From assembly GCA_903839725.1 (NCBI GenBank), contig CAIMDG010000001.1:107559-171558 (forward strand): DNA of 64,000 bases. The letters are read 5' to 3'. The position numbers and the translations under genes were made by a program. Below the pieces are notes generated by a model. It did not search any database and was not told the DNA's origin. It was given only the letters and a program-made list of their open reading frames with translations. This DNA comes from an uncultured bacterium. Lineage in GTDB: Bacteria; Patescibacteriota; Minisyncoccia; Phycocordibacterales; PALSA-1337. Positions 9,105 through 18,900 of the stretch are shown here, one piece after another; the stretch's first letter is position 1, and each line of letters begins with the position of its first letter.

Positions 9105-12056
9105 ATGAAAAAATCATATATCTATCTCGTAGGCTTCACCTTTCTCTTTGTTTTGGGATTGTCATTCGTTACGGGATCGAGATTGATTGCTCAGGCACAA
9201 ACAGTAACACCTCTCAGTGGTTGGGCATGGTCATCAACTATAGGATGGCTCAGTTTTAATTCTTCAAATACAGAAATTGCAGCAGTAACAACATCACCTT
9301 ACTCCGTAAAGATTACAGTTGATTCAACTGGTAATACTGCAACATTGAGTGGCCAAGCATGGTCACCAAATATTGGTTGGGTTAGTTTTGATGCTGCAGA
9401 TGTGACAAATTGTCCAGTGGGTACATGTACTCCAACGATTAATTTGAATACAGGAGTAGTTTCTGGTTGGGCAAAAGCGCTTGCAGGAGATGGGACGATG
9501 GGATGGGATGGTTGGATAGGGCTTGCATCCACTACATGGGGAGTTTCGTATACAAAAACAACTGGAGCTTTTGGTGGATATGCATGGGGAAGTACGAACG
9601 TTGGTTGGTTATCTTTTGCAAATGTAACATGTCCATCATGTGTCGTTGCTTTGAATGTAACAAATGTAACTGTTGGTATTGGAGCTGGTAAAGTCACAAG
9701 TTCACCTTCAGGTATCGATTGTGGCATCATTTGTTCATCACAATATAGTCTGAATACCTCTGTAACATTGACAGAAGTACCAAGTGCTAATTCAACATTT
9801 ACTGGTTGGGGAGGAGCATGTAGTGGTACTGCAACGACGTGTACAGTTTCGATGAGTCAGGCAAAAAATGTTACCGCAACTTTCAGTTTGGTACCGATCA
9901 CTGTTTCTGTAAATACAACAGGTCCAGGTACTGTTACAAGTAATTTAGGAGGTATCTCATGTTCTGATGGAAATGCTGGTATATGTAGTAGTACATATGT
10001 CGCAGGCACAAATGTAACATTTACCCAAACACCAGCTGCAGGTGGAAATACATTCCAAGGCTGGGGAGGAGCATGTACAGGTACAGCGACAACATGCAGT
10101 ATTACCGTGAAAGGACATTCCGGTGATTTTGCTGCTACAACATACAATCAATGGAAGAGCCTATCTTTCTCAGCTTCTGAAATCGCTTCTGGTATAGCTG
10201 ATGAAATGTCAGACCCAGATAACGATACTGTACCAAATATCTATGAGTATGCTATCGGAACTGATCCACATGTCTTGAATCCTACTGTGGCAAATAAGAT
10301 GGCTGTGTTCCGTGGTTATAAGTCAGGAAACAATTTTGCATTTGATCACAAACTCAATACAAACCGCACAGATATAACATTTAAGGTTGGGGTAAAAACA
10401 GACCTCAGTACACCTTGGATTTATTATCCAGATGCATCTTCATTTACTGAAACTCAAAAAACGATTGATTCAGCAACAAAGTTGGTTACTGACAAAGCTG
10501 TAACTTCTTTCATGAGTGTTTCGTCAATGTATTTTGTATTCGGTATAAATAAAGGAGGTGTAGATTATTGGGCACCAGCTGCAATTTCTCCTGCCCCTAG
10601 CTTCGGTTCAGACCCAGGAACACCGGCATCAATCCTTCCATTCGTTACAGCAACATTCGTAGGAAATCCAACTCTCACACTCAATAAGAACGGTAGTGGA
10701 TCAGTTACCGATTCATCAGTTGCACCTGGCTCACCTCTCCTGCATTGCGGAACAGCGATAACAACCATACCATGTAGTAGTTCTCAGTACCCATTGAATA
10801 CCGTTGTCACTTTGACAGCTGTTCCTGCGACTGGATATACATTTACCGGTTGGAGTGGTGGAGGATGTGATGCGAATGGTCTTACCACATGTACAGTTAC
10901 TATGGATGTAAGTAAGACTGTTACAGCAACATTTACTACAGTTCCAGTTGATCTTAATGTGACAGTAACCGGCACCGGAGGCATAGTTGTTGGTGGAGGT
11001 ATATCATGTACTTCTACTGGAGGTACATCTTGTTCCGCTACGAGTCCTTCAGGAACTGTAGTGACACTGACAGCAGCTACAACATCTACCGGTATTACAT
11101 TTACAGGTTGGGGCGGAGATTGTCTCTCGAATGCAACTTCTCCAACATGTGTATTGACATTAAGTGCTACAAAAAATGTAACTGCAGTATTCGATGTTGT
11201 CGAATCTAATCTTACGGGAACATGTTCAATACCTGCGACTGCGGCTTATGCACCAATAACAATATCTGCAACTCTTAGCCCTGCTCCATCAGGTGCAAGT
11301 TGGCTCCAAACTTTCTTCTATTTCACTACACCAGGTACCTATAGTCCAACAGTTATTCTTTCGAGAAGTTCAACAGATCAGGTTGATGTTCCTTGCGGAC
11401 AAATTATTATCGCAGCTCCTGGTCCGATAGGAGGAGGGTCAGGAAATCTTACAGGAAGATGCTCATTTAGTCAGTCATCATATCCATGGTCATCTACCTT
11501 GAGTCTTACCCCAATACTCTCGAATACTTCTGGTGGTTCTGGAACTGGTTATTACTTCACACCATCGACTCTCAGTGGATTCACTCCTGGTAGTACAAAT
11601 CAACCTACAGTTACATTGCATGATGATGCCGGCAATAGTGTACCGATTACCTGTGATACATTCACCGTTGGCCTACCTGGTACCGTAACTCTTATTTCGG
11701 GCACATATAAGTTGTCTGTAGCTGGTACTCCAAGTTTGGCAAGTCAGGGAACACGAACTTCTGTTATTTCAAATAACAATGGACCAATCTATGCATATTG
11801 GCTCAGTTCGAGTGCTGGATGTACTATAAATGTGACACGCGCCTCTCTTGTCAAGACAAATCTCTATCTTACTCAATGGGCTCAGAATGGATTGCCTGTT
11901 ACAACTACGTTTGCCAAGAATGATATTAACCTTAAAAAGATATTGATGGTGGGTATACCAGATGATGATTGGAGTCTCCAGTTGATGTGCGGCGGAGTTC
12001 TGAAGGGTCCTAAGGTCAACATAACAGAAAGTGGATCAACAGTAACAGAGATATAA
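9105..12056 (+). CDS. Large secreted/cell-surface protein with Listeria-Bacteroides-type repeat domains
   Basis: Signal/TM at N-terminus; four N-terminal SGWAWSSTIGWLSF-type repeats; at least four 65-80 aa repeats with pattern C..C..Y..VTLTA.P...F.GWGG.C....C.V.M...K.V.A.F; ORF opens at TTG 9069, ATG 9105 preferred. Confidence 0.8.
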   Translation: MKKSYIYLVGFTFLFVLGLSFVTGSRLIAQAQTVTPLSGWAWSSTIGWLSFNSSNTEIAAVTTSPYSVKITVDSTGNTATLSGQAWSPNIGWVSFDAADVTNCPVGTCTPTINLNTGVVSGWAKALAGDGTMGWDGWIGLASTTWGVSYTKTTGAFGGYAWGSTNVGWLSFANVTCPSCVVALNVTNVTVGIGAGKVTSSPSGIDCGIICSSQYSLNTSVTLTEVPSANSTFTGWGGACSGTATTCTVSMSQAKNVTATFSLVPITVSVNTTGPGTVTSNLGGISCSDGNAGICSSTYVAGTNVTFTQTPAAGGNTFQGWGGACTGTATTCSITVKGHSGDFAATTYNQWKSLSFSASEIASGIADEMSDPDNDTVPNIYEYAIGTDPHVLNPTVANKMAVFRGYKSGNNFAFDHKLNTNRTDITFKVGVKTDLSTPWIYYPDASSFTETQKTIDSATKLVTDKAVTSFMSVSSMYFVFGINKGGVDYWAPAAISPAPSFGSDPGTPASILPFVTATFVGNPTLTLNKNGSGSVTDSSVAPGSPLLHCGTAITTIPCSSSQYPLNTVVTLTAVPATGYTFTGWSGGGCDANGLTTCTVTMDVSKTVTATFTTVPVDLNVTVTGTGGIVVGGGISCTSTGGTSCSATSPSGTVVTLTAATTSTGITFTGWGGDCLSNATSPTCVLTLSATKNVTAVFDVVESNLTGTCSIPATAAYAPITISATLSPAPSGASWLQTFFYFTTPGTYSPTVILSRSSTDQVDVPCGQIIIAAPGPIGGGSGNLTGRCSFSQSSYPWSSTLSLTPILSNTSGGSGTGYYFTPSTLSGFTPGSTNQPTVTLHDDAGNSVPITCDTFTVGLPGTVTLISGTYKLSVAGTPSLASQGTRTSVISNNNGPIYAYWLSSSAGCTINVTRASLVKTNLYLTQWAQNGLPVTTTFAKNDINLKKILMVGIPDDDWSLQLMCGGVLKGPKVNITESGSTVTEI

Positions 12057-12072
12057 AAATATATTTCTACAC

Positions 12073-12100
12073 AAAAAACCCAGCAATGGGGTTTTTTGTT
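12073..12100 (+). terminator. Rho-independent terminator after surface protein gene
   Basis: aaaaaacccagcaatggggttttttg. Confidence 0.8.
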
Positions 12101-12248
12101 GTACATGTTTGGGTGAGGATGTAAGGTTTGTTATATGTAGTACGGCCCAAGCGGCATTTCACAAATTTTTGTCAAAGTACAGGTGGATTATGTGGTTTTT
12201 TGATTCTGAATAAATGATGTACTTTAATGTTATAGATAGGGAGATACT

Positions 12249-13175
12249 CTATAAGTTTTCATTCTTAATCTTTGAATATGCTTTCTTAAGCTCAAGTGTT
12301 AATTTCTCGATATGTTCATTTTGTTTTATCTCATGCAAAGTTCCTCGGATTATTAGTATTCCAAATACTATACTTATAATGAGTAAACTTGCTTCCTCTA
12401 TCGTGGTGTGCACGTCCTTTGCCCCACAAATGCGAATAATCGAGATTATCCATAATGCAAACATGACTAACTCGATGGCGATGACTTTAATATTAAAGAG
12501 CATATGTCGAGTAATTGAGTATGTCATAAGGAAAATCCAGAAAATTGCTGATATAGGACCAAGCCAATTCAAATCAAAATATCCAAATCGGGGTAATATT
12601 ATAGATATGGTAAATGGAATAATTGAACCAAATAATATTAATAAGAATACATATTTAATTTGATTTTTTATTAAAATTTCAATACATTTCTTGTAATCAT
12701 TAAATAGTTTAACTAGACCAATAGTAAATGAGGAAAGAAAATATACTTCAAAAAGTAATGATAGTGGTCCAAAATGCCAACCCCAGGATGATACTGAGTT
12801 GAGATTATATACATCATATACAATTAAGTTAGTAAAAAAGAATAGGTAAAATAATATTATTTCCCAAGCAATTAAAATTATCTGTAAAATTTTTGAAGGT
12901 GCTTTGTTGTGCGGGTATATAAAAAAGAAGTTTAAAAATGATGAAGCAATGAGACTTCCTACAAAATACGTAAATCTGTTTAAAAATGTAGCTACTGTGT
13001 GATTGTTTGTTGAAATTAGGAATCCCATTCCAGTCATCCATATACATGCTAAAAGAATACTAAACCCAAAAGATTTTCCAGATTTATTTTGCGTGCTTAC
13101 ATATGTAAGAATTGTTAAGCATGCAACTATAAGGGCTGTAAGCCAAATAAACATTGAGTATATAGAAATTGTCAT
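12249..13175 (-). CDS. Stand-alone 7TM sensor-domain protein paralogous to the N-terminal domains of the two downstream histidine kinases (no kinase domain)
   Basis: 7 predicted TM helices; C-terminus LHEIKQNEHIEKLTLELKKAYSKIKNENL aligns with HK linker YREISQREKIEKLATDLQKANDRLLELDRQ and stops where the DHp domain would begin. Confidence 0.6.
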   Translation of the reverse strand: MTISIYSMFIWLTALIVACLTILTYVSTQNKSGKSFGFSILLACIWMTGMGFLISTNNHTVATFLNRFTYFVGSLIASSFLNFFFIYPHNKAPSKILQIILIAWEIILFYLFFFTNLIVYDVYNLNSVSSWGWHFGPLSLLFEVYFLSSFTIGLVKLFNDYKKCIEILIKNQIKYVFLLILFGSIIPFTISIILPRFGYFDLNWLGPISAIFWIFLMTYSITRHMLFNIKVIAIELVMFALWIISIIRICGAKDVHTTIEEASLLIISIVFGILIIRGTLHEIKQNEHIEKLTLELKKAYSKIKNENL

Positions 13176-13329
13176 AATATTTGGTAATTATAATACCTGA
13201 TTAAATTTAATGCTAAGTAGGATTGAATATTGAATATTCAGGGTAATCATGCTTAATTATTCAATCAATAATTTAATACAAAGTATTTTATGTAAGGCTT
13301 CATGTTAGTCAATATGTTATAATCTATTA

Positions 13330-14148
13330 ATGGTAAATTTCGAGGAACAATTTTGTACAAAAAGAAGTATAAATTTCTATGGAAGATCTATATCGTTCGT
13401 AGATGTGACTCCACCCATGCTCATAAGCAATATTCCTATTATTATTGCTCCTGGTTGGGGAGAAACGCCAAAAACCTTCAAAGATTTAATACACTTGTTA
13501 TTTGACGCCGGATTTCGAGTGGTTTCGATGACACATCCACGACAAGATTTGAAGTTAATTACTAGAAGTAATATTTCTAGATTAGAATCACAAAAAGCTG
13601 AAATTATTTTAACAGTATTAAAATTTCTTGGTATTGAAAAGGTAAACGTTGTAGCTCACTCAGAGGGTGCCATAAACTCAGTTATTGCGGCGCACATGAA
13701 ACCTACTTTATTTAAAAATATATTACTTGTGGGACCAGGGGGGCTTGTTGAAAATGAAAATTTTACTGAATTAGCAGGTAGGTTTATTGGTAATATGATT
13801 CAAGGCGGAGGTCAAATATTTACGGATTCTGTCGCGCGAAAGTATATTATCAGATCAGGGTTGGAAACTTTTAAATATTTTCTTATGAATCCAGTCATGG
13901 GACTTCTAGAAGGGAGTGCAATATCCAGAACGCATCTACAAGATTTTTTGGTTGATTTACATTCAAATAATATAACTATAGGAGTAATTCATGGCGTAGA
14001 TGATATAGTTTTTCCACTCAAGAAAATGAAATCATTGACTGAATTAAAATGGATTAGCTTTTATTCAGTTGAGGGTGATCATAGTGACATATATGATCAT
14101 TCAGAGAAGTATATTACCTTTATTCAAAAAAGATTTACTGATAATTAA
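13330..14148 (+). CDS. Alpha/beta-hydrolase fold protein
   Basis: PGWGET N-terminal motif, nucleophile elbow VVAHSEGA (sm-x-Ser-x-sm), size 272 aa; AT-rich gene. Confidence 0.6.
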   Translation: MVNFEEQFCTKRSINFYGRSISFVDVTPPMLISNIPIIIAPGWGETPKTFKDLIHLLFDAGFRVVSMTHPRQDLKLITRSNISRLESQKAEIILTVLKFLGIEKVNVVAHSEGAINSVIAAHMKPTLFKNILLVGPGGLVENENFTELAGRFIGNMIQGGGQIFTDSVARKYIIRSGLETFKYFLMNPVMGLLEGSAISRTHLQDFLVDLHSNNITIGVIHGVDDIVFPLKKMKSLTELKWISFYSVEGDHSDIYDHSEKYITFIQKRFTDN

Positions 14149-14159
14149 GATTTAATGAA

Positions 14160-14831
14160 ATGAATAAATTTTATATAATTAGTTTACTTATTCAGCAAAA
14201 GTTACCTTGGGTTCCGGTAAGAATATTGTTAGTTTTATTTGCTCATTTCAAAGTAACTGGATTAGAAAATCTAAAGGGTATTAAAGGTAATGCCATTTTT
14301 GCTTGTAATCATGCTAGCGAACTAGATATTCCGCTTCTTCCAGCCGCAATACCTTTTTGGTCACATTTTTCCCCAATGTTATACGCATCTCGAGAAAGTG
14401 GTTTTTATGGGGGATCCGGATGGCGAAGACATTTTTATGGCGGTGTATTTTTTAATTTTTTAGGATCATATCCTGTGGTAGTTGGCTTACGAAATTATAA
14501 AAAAGCACTATCTCATCAAATTCGTATTATTAATACTGGTAATAGCTTATGTATTTTCCCTGAAGGAAGAACTACACCAAACGGCATAATCCAAGGTGCA
14601 AAAGGTGGGGTAGCTTATCTTGCGTATATAACAAATGTTCCAATAGTTCCCGTTAAACTCGGTGGAACTTTTAGATTTTCAATAAAGAATTTTCTATTAA
14701 GAAAAATTAAATTATCGGTTAGTTTTGGCAAACCCATATATTTATCTGTAAATAATGAAGTAGATATACCAATCAAAGAGTGCAAGGATAGGGCAAATGA
14801 GGTTATGGATGTAATTAAAAAGATGGTATAA
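14160..14831 (+). CDS. 1-acyl-sn-glycerol-3-phosphate acyltransferase-like (PlsC family) lysophospholipid acyltransferase
   Basis: HX4D motif NHASELD, FPEGRTT motif III, N-terminal membrane anchor. Confidence 0.7.
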   Translation: MNKFYIISLLIQQKLPWVPVRILLVLFAHFKVTGLENLKGIKGNAIFACNHASELDIPLLPAAIPFWSHFSPMLYASRESGFYGGSGWRRHFYGGVFFNFLGSYPVVVGLRNYKKALSHQIRIINTGNSLCIFPEGRTTPNGIIQGAKGGVAYLAYITNVPIVPVKLGGTFRFSIKNFLLRKIKLSVSFGKPIYLSVNNEVDIPIKECKDRANEVMDVIKKMV

Positions 14832-14841
14832 TTTAATTACC

Positions 14842-15717
14842 ATGAAAGGAGTTTTCATCGACAATGATCATACGGTTGGATATGAAACCAACTCAATTTT
14901 TCGTAAAATATTTAATCTTATTTTTATACCTGTATTGTATATTTTTCCATCTAGAGCGGTACATATTTTAAAAAAAATTCATGTATCAACAGAAGAGATG
15001 GTTGCTCATGCTGGAACACATAGGGCAATGGAAGTAATTTACGATGTCAACCCTCGGCCCAAAGCAAATTATTTTCAAAATTTGTTTCTGTCAGTATGGC
15101 TGGGAATGAATAACTCAAAGGCTGTGAGGAATAGGCTTAGAATGGTTAAAAAGGAAATCAAAAGGAAAATACATAAACTTTCTGAACTGAATAAAGAAAT
15201 AAAAATTATTAATATTGCTTCTGGATCAGCCCGTGCTGTATTTGAATCTATTCATGAGGTTCCTTTGAAAAATGATACAAAACTATCTGCTGTTTTTGTT
15301 GATAAAAATTATGAGGCAATTGCCTTCAGTCAACAGCTAGCCAGTACTCATAGGTTTCTCCCATCTTTTAGATGGGTAAATGATTATGCTCATAATTATT
15401 TAAATAACAATGAGAATAAGTCAAAGTTCAATATCGCAGAAGTTGTCGGTTTGCTGGAATACTTAAGTGATAAAGATGCAATAAATATTTTCTTATTAAT
15501 TTATGAGTGTTTAGATTCTGATGGTATTCTCATTACAACAAATATTGTTAGTAATTTTGAAAGTACATTTATATCAAATTCTGTTGGATGGAAAATGAAC
15601 CATCGCAATGTTGATGAGTTGTCTTCGCTTCTAATCGAGGCAGGGTTTAAATTGGACAAGATGAATATTTATTATGAGCCTCAACGAATACACTGCGTAA
15701 TAGTGGCTCAAAAATGA
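14842..15717 (+). CDS. Hypothetical protein, possible class I SAM-dependent methyltransferase
   Basis: IINIASGSARAV resembles MTase motif I, VFVDKNYEA resembles motif II; weak. Confidence 0.35.
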   Translation: MKGVFIDNDHTVGYETNSIFRKIFNLIFIPVLYIFPSRAVHILKKIHVSTEEMVAHAGTHRAMEVIYDVNPRPKANYFQNLFLSVWLGMNNSKAVRNRLRMVKKEIKRKIHKLSELNKEIKIINIASGSARAVFESIHEVPLKNDTKLSAVFVDKNYEAIAFSQQLASTHRFLPSFRWVNDYAHNYLNNNENKSKFNIAEVVGLLEYLSDKDAINIFLLIYECLDSDGILITTNIVSNFESTFISNSVGWKMNHRNVDELSSLLIEAGFKLDKMNIYYEPQRIHCVIVAQK

Positions 15718-17342
15718 ACCCAGTTAATCTATTTGCCATATCAGCCTTAGTTAATGGAATCGTCTCTATTACATTTGGACTGCTTGTTATTTCTAAAAAT
15801 TGGAGAGACAGAATGAACCAGATATTCTTCTTAATGACTGTTTTTTTAGCTATTTGGTCTTTTTCATACTGGCAGTGGCAATTGGCAACTAGTTATGATA
15901 CAGCATTACTGTGGGTTAAATTGTTATCGATTGGATCACTGTTTATTCCAATATTTTTTTACAATTGGGTTATAAAATTAATTAATGAAGAAAGTCTTCT
16001 TAATAGAGTTGTCTTATGGTCTTGTTACATAACATCTTTTTGTATTCTTTTTTTTGTTAATTCTAATTTGTATATTTCCGGATTAGAAAATAAATCTTTT
16101 TTTCAGTTTTGGCCTAGTTCAGGTGTGGTCTATGATATATATTTTTGTTATATATATTTTGGCCTAATTTTGTATACAGTTTATATATTGTTTCGTACTT
16201 ATTTTATAACCAAAGATAGAGATAAAAAAGGACAGTTATTGTATATAATTATTAGTTGCGTTCTTGGCTTTGGTGGAGTTATAACAGATTTTCCTCTTTG
16301 GTGGGATATTAACATACCACCATATGGTAATTTTTTAGCCGCTGTTTTTCCTCTATTACTAGGTTATTCAATTTTAAAGTACAAGTTATTTAATGTCCGA
16401 GCTATTGTTTCTGAAATTCTTGTATTTTTTATTTCAATCGTTTTGTTAATTGAAGCAATTTTATCAGTTTCCGTCCTGGAAGCAGTAGTAAAATTTTCGG
16501 TATTTATTATTGTTTCAATTTTTGGGTATATACTTATTCGCTCTGTATACAGAGAAATCTCCCAGCGCGAAAAAATCGAAAAACTCGCCACTGACCTCCA
16601 GAAAGCCAATGACCGCCTTCTCGAACTTGATCGTCAGAAGTCAGAATTCGTCTCATTCGCTACACACCAACTTCGCGCACCTCTAACTGCCATGAAAGGG
16701 TATGCCTCTCTCATTTTGGAAGGGGATTTGGGGGCTATTAGTGACCAGCTCCGTCAGGCAATTTCTCGAATATTTGAATCATCGAAGACATTGGCAAATA
16801 TAGTTGATGACTATTTGAACCTTACTCGTATTGAGTTGGGAACAATGAAATATGCATTTGATACAGTTGATCTGAAGACGGTTGTTGAAGATGTTATCGG
16901 AGAGCTTGGGCCAAATATCAAGAAAGATGGGCTTGAATTCACATTCAAGGCTGAGGATATGGGTGATCAATGGGATTGGCGTGTTACGGCGGACCGAGAC
17001 AAGCTTAAGCAAGTTATTGCAAACTTGGTCGACAATTCGATCAAATATACGTTACAAGGCTGGGTTCACGTGACATTGTCTTTTGACCGACCTAAGCATA
17101 AGTTTCTTTTTAGAGTAGAAGATAATGGTATAGGTATAGCCTCAGAGACACTACCATTGCTATTCAACAAATTTAGTCGTGCGGGAAATGCCAATAAGAC
17201 AAATATCAAGGGTACAGGACTTGGTTTGTTCGTGGCAAAACAAATTATTGACTCGCATCATGGTGCCATATACGCAACGTCACCAGGTGAAGGTAAAGGA
17301 TCGACATTTACCGTTGAATTAGAACCATTCGCTAAAGCATAA
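15714..17342 (+). CDS. 7TM sensor histidine kinase (HisKA + HATPase_c)
   Basis: 7 TM helices, H-box SFATHQLRAPLTAMKGY, N-box/G-boxes (NLVDNSIKYT, EDNGIGI, GTGLGLFVAKQI); start overlaps previous gene by 4 nt. Confidence 0.85.
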   Translation: MNPVNLFAISALVNGIVSITFGLLVISKNWRDRMNQIFFLMTVFLAIWSFSYWQWQLATSYDTALLWVKLLSIGSLFIPIFFYNWVIKLINEESLLNRVVLWSCYITSFCILFFVNSNLYISGLENKSFFQFWPSSGVVYDIYFCYIYFGLILYTVYILFRTYFITKDRDKKGQLLYIIISCVLGFGGVITDFPLWWDINIPPYGNFLAAVFPLLLGYSILKYKLFNVRAIVSEILVFFISIVLLIEAILSVSVLEAVVKFSVFIIVSIFGYILIRSVYREISQREKIEKLATDLQKANDRLLELDRQKSEFVSFATHQLRAPLTAMKGYASLILEGDLGAISDQLRQAISRIFESSKTLANIVDDYLNLTRIELGTMKYAFDTVDLKTVVEDVIGELGPNIKKDGLEFTFKAEDMGDQWDWRVTADRDKLKQVIANLVDNSIKYTLQGWVHVTLSFDRPKHKFLFRVEDNGIGIASETLPLLFNKFSRAGNANKTNIKGTGLGLFVAKQIIDSHHGAIYATSPGEGKGSTFTVELEPFAKA

Positions 17343-17346
17343 TTAT

Positions 17347-18888
17347 ATGAATTTATTTGCTGCATCATGTCTTGTTCTTTCTCTCAGTAGTATCCTATTT
17401 AGTTTTATTCTCTACAGAAGTGATCCGTTGAATAAAGTAAATAAATATTGGTTCATTTCAAGTCTCGTCTTTTCTCTATGGTCATTCGGTCTATTTGAGA
17501 TTGCACTTACATCCGATGATTCCATGGCCTTCTTCTGGCAGAACATGATCAATGTATCAGCCGTATTCATTCCCTTGGTATATGTATTTTTTCTCTTTGA
17601 ATTCCTCGGACTCAAGCAACGAAAGATGCGTATCGGGTTGTTTGTCTTGGCAGCAGCATTCTCTGAATTTAGTCTGACTCCATTGTTCCAACAAGGCATA
17701 ACAATGACAAAAGGTTTCTTCTGGATCAATCCAGGACCATACTATTTGCTGTTTCCAGTCTATTTCATGGTCTATGCAATCATATCAGTATCTCTCCTCG
17801 TTGTTTCCTATGGAAATTCAGAAAAGGGTAGTCCTATGAGAAAGCAGATACGTAATATGATCATCGGAAGTTTGATTGGCTATTTGGGTGGAGTTACAAA
17901 CTTTTTTCCTGAAATATTCGGAGACTATCCATACGGTAACTATTTGATCATTTTTTACATTATATTCATGATCTATGGCGTTATACGCTATAGAAGTTTG
18001 AATGTAAAAACTATTTCAACACAACTATTTTCAGGAGCTTTGATATCAGTGGTATTCTTCAATTTTATGCGTTCAGTTAATCTGGAAGATTGGATAGTTA
18101 ATTCAATTGTCCTCATTCTCGTTATTACATTTAGTATGATCTTGGTTATTGCAAATGATCACTTGAACGAAACTAACCGAGAAAAGTCAGAGTTCGTATC
18201 ATTTGCTACGCACCAACTTCGCGCACCACTAACTGCTATGAAAGGGTACGGTTCGCTTATTCTCGAGGGAGACATGGGTGAAGTAAACCCAGAAGTTCGC
18301 CAGGCAGTTTCTCGTATGTTCGAATCAACCAAGACCCTCGCCAGTATTGTTGATGACTATCTTGATGTAACTCGTATCGAATTGGGAACCATGAAATACA
18401 TATTTGACCGTGTTGATCTCAAATTGTTGATTGAAGATGTTATCGCTGAACTCAAACCAAATCTCAAACGTGAAGGTGTTGCTTTTGACTTTAAGATTGA
18501 AGAAATGGGTCAGCAGTGGGATTGGTCAGTAAAAGCGGATCGCAACAAATTGAAGCAAGTTATTGCAAATCTATTGGACAATTCAGTGAAGTATACCTTG
18601 CAAGGTTTTGTGCACGTCTCATTGTCTTTTGATAGAAAGAAACATAAGTTTGTATTTAAAATCGAAGATACTGGAGTAGGTATTGCACCAGAGGTTCTTC
18701 CAACACTCTTCAATAAATTCATCCGCGCCGGTAATGCGAATACTGCCAATGTTAAAGGTACTGGTTTGGGTCTTTATGTTGCAAAACAAATTGTTGAAGG
18801 TCATCGTGGAGCAATTCGTGCTTCATCTGCCGGAGAAGGAAAAGGCTCAATATTTGTAGTTGAGCTCAATCCATTCGAGATTCTCTAA
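17347..18888 (+). CDS. 7TM sensor histidine kinase, tandem paralogue
   Basis: Same architecture; kinase domain about 70% identical to the upstream HK at protein level, nucleotide similarity obvious by eye. Confidence 0.85.
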   Translation: MNLFAASCLVLSLSSILFSFILYRSDPLNKVNKYWFISSLVFSLWSFGLFEIALTSDDSMAFFWQNMINVSAVFIPLVYVFFLFEFLGLKQRKMRIGLFVLAAAFSEFSLTPLFQQGITMTKGFFWINPGPYYLLFPVYFMVYAIISVSLLVVSYGNSEKGSPMRKQIRNMIIGSLIGYLGGVTNFFPEIFGDYPYGNYLIIFYIIFMIYGVIRYRSLNVKTISTQLFSGALISVVFFNFMRSVNLEDWIVNSIVLILVITFSMILVIANDHLNETNREKSEFVSFATHQLRAPLTAMKGYGSLILEGDMGEVNPEVRQAVSRMFESTKTLASIVDDYLDVTRIELGTMKYIFDRVDLKLLIEDVIAELKPNLKREGVAFDFKIEEMGQQWDWSVKADRNKLKQVIANLLDNSVKYTLQGFVHVSLSFDRKKHKFVFKIEDTGVGIAPEVLPTLFNKFIRAGNANTANVKGTGLGLYVAKQIVEGHRGAIRASSAGEGKGSIFVVELNPFEIL

Positions 18889-18900
18889 CGCGATAGATAT

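Noticed and set aside
9299-10984. Several minus/plus ORFs within the surface-protein gene
   Set aside because: Repeat-rich Thr/Gly-rich coding gives open antisense frames; no independent support
12214-12663. 149-aa plus-strand ORF overlapping the 7TM sensor gene
   Set aside because: Minus-strand frame has clear homology to HK sensor domains; plus frame is AT-rich low complexity
16364-17012. Small minus-strand ORFs inside HK1
   Set aside because: Antisense to kinase with clear motifs
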